Of a stretch of DNA of 64,000 nucleotides, positions 63,511 through 64,000 are shown one piece after another. Origin of the DNA: Candidatus Nomurabacteria bacterium (GTDB taxonomy: Bacteria; Patescibacteriota; Minisyncoccia; Phycocordibacterales; SBAW01). The stretch is taken from the NCBI GenBank assembly GCA_943348815.1, contig CALQYT010000005.1:5167-69166 (forward strand), in the 5' to 3' direction. The translations under genes were made by a program, and so were the position numbers. The stretch's first letter is position 1; each line of letters opens with the position of its first letter. The notes beneath the pieces were generated by a model. The model ran no database searches, had not been told where the DNA came from, and was given only the letters and a program-made list of their open reading frames with translations.

Positions 63511-64000
63511 ATGATAGCCGGAACAAGTACGGGACGCTTTTTTACTATAAGTGTGGTCGCGGTTTTGGGTTTGTGCGCTTTTATTTCTATCCCGCTTGCA
63601 CGTGCCACATCAAGTGCCGAGCAGACAGATGTCTCTGCACTTTCGGCCGTAAGCGGCGGCGGCGAGCAGCGTTTGGGTACCGGACTTTCTGGTTCGGTTG
63701 CCGCGCTTGCAATGAAATTTAAAGAAAACGATACGGCAAGCATGGAGGTAAATGGCTTCCCCTATGCCATCCTCAACGAGTGTCTCGATTCTTCTTACCT
63801 CAATTGTGCCCAGCCGGCGGCGTTTAACTACCACAACGACCCGGCCTACTTCTCGTACGTATCGCACGTGGGAGACGACATTGTGGTATCAATCTACAAA
63901 GATGCGAGTGCCATAGATTACGACAACACGCCTTACACACTCAACCCTGCTCTCTACTACTCGATCTCGTTCTTTATCTTCCCGAATTCGGGTACCGGCT
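63511..64000 (+). CDS. Secreted hypothetical protein (partial, continues beyond window)
   Basis: AGGAGTA RBS. TM/signal VVAVLGLCAFISIPLARA. No stop within the window. Confidence 0.45.
   Translation, partial: MIAGTSTGRFFTISVVAVLGLCAFISIPLARATSSAEQTDVSALSAVSGGGEQRLGTGLSGSVAALAMKFKENDTASMEVNGFPYAILNECLDSSYLNCAQPAAFNYHNDPAYFSYVSHVGDDIVVSIYKDASAIDYDNTPYTLNPALYYSISFFIFPNSGTG

Noticed and set aside
1-64000. Search for CRISPR arrays, rRNA genes, integrase/recombinase genes and phage structural genes
   Set aside because: No tandem direct-repeat/spacer array, no rRNA-like conserved segments and no tyrosine/serine recombinase motifs were seen anywhere in the window. The only transposase-like gene is the RAYT.

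Overview
The window is a 64-kb bacterial chromosomal segment with a housekeeping backbone of roughly 50-55% GC (by eye).

Backbone genes:
- Cell envelope and shape: mraZ-rsmH on the minus strand with MraZ-box repeats, the mreB-mreC-mreD-mrdA operon, a second MreB paralog, murA, a sortase, PAP2 phosphatases, GT2 and GT4 glycosyltransferases, and a DedA protein.
- Translation: class I LysRS, ProRS, ValRS, frr, def-fmt and hpf.
- DNA metabolism: nth and holB.
- Nitrogen: glnA-amt.
- Heme: a hemC-hemD-hemQ-hemE-hemH branch (coproporphyrin-dependent type).
- Signalling and regulation: two two-component systems (one hybrid MASE1 kinase), rseP, greA.
- Carbohydrate: GH130-type glycoside phosphorylase genes, one of them a tandem-duplicated version.

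Non-coding and mobile features:
- A tRNA (probably Thr) interrupted by an approximately 190-nt group I-like intron.
- A degenerate tRNA-like element.
- A REP-associated tyrosine transposase (RAYT) flanked by REP hairpins, plus several scattered REP copies.
- A TrpR-like gene bracketed by two copies of a perfect 20-bp palindrome containing NdeI sites.

The most striking property is a compositional mosaic. At least 15 short gene cassettes are very GC3-rich and look alphaproteobacterial (Rhizobiales-like). Among them are two Omp25/Omp31-family outer-membrane beta-barrel genes (one frameshifted), an XRE regulator, a tandem HisI-like orphan, and a five-gene cluster next to the intron-containing tRNA. 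Each cassette sits in an intergenic space of the backbone and carries its own strong RBS (sometimes with a TTG start). Several cassettes have near-consensus sigma70 promoters, and most carry a Rho-independent terminator. Many of those terminators share the tail 'GCGGCTTTTT' or 'TTTTTAATTTAA'.

The backbone otherwise looks monoderm (sortase, peptidoglycan-binding surface protein, class I LysRS). This suggests recurrent horizontal transfer or a chimeric or engineered assembly. No rRNA and no CRISPR array were seen.
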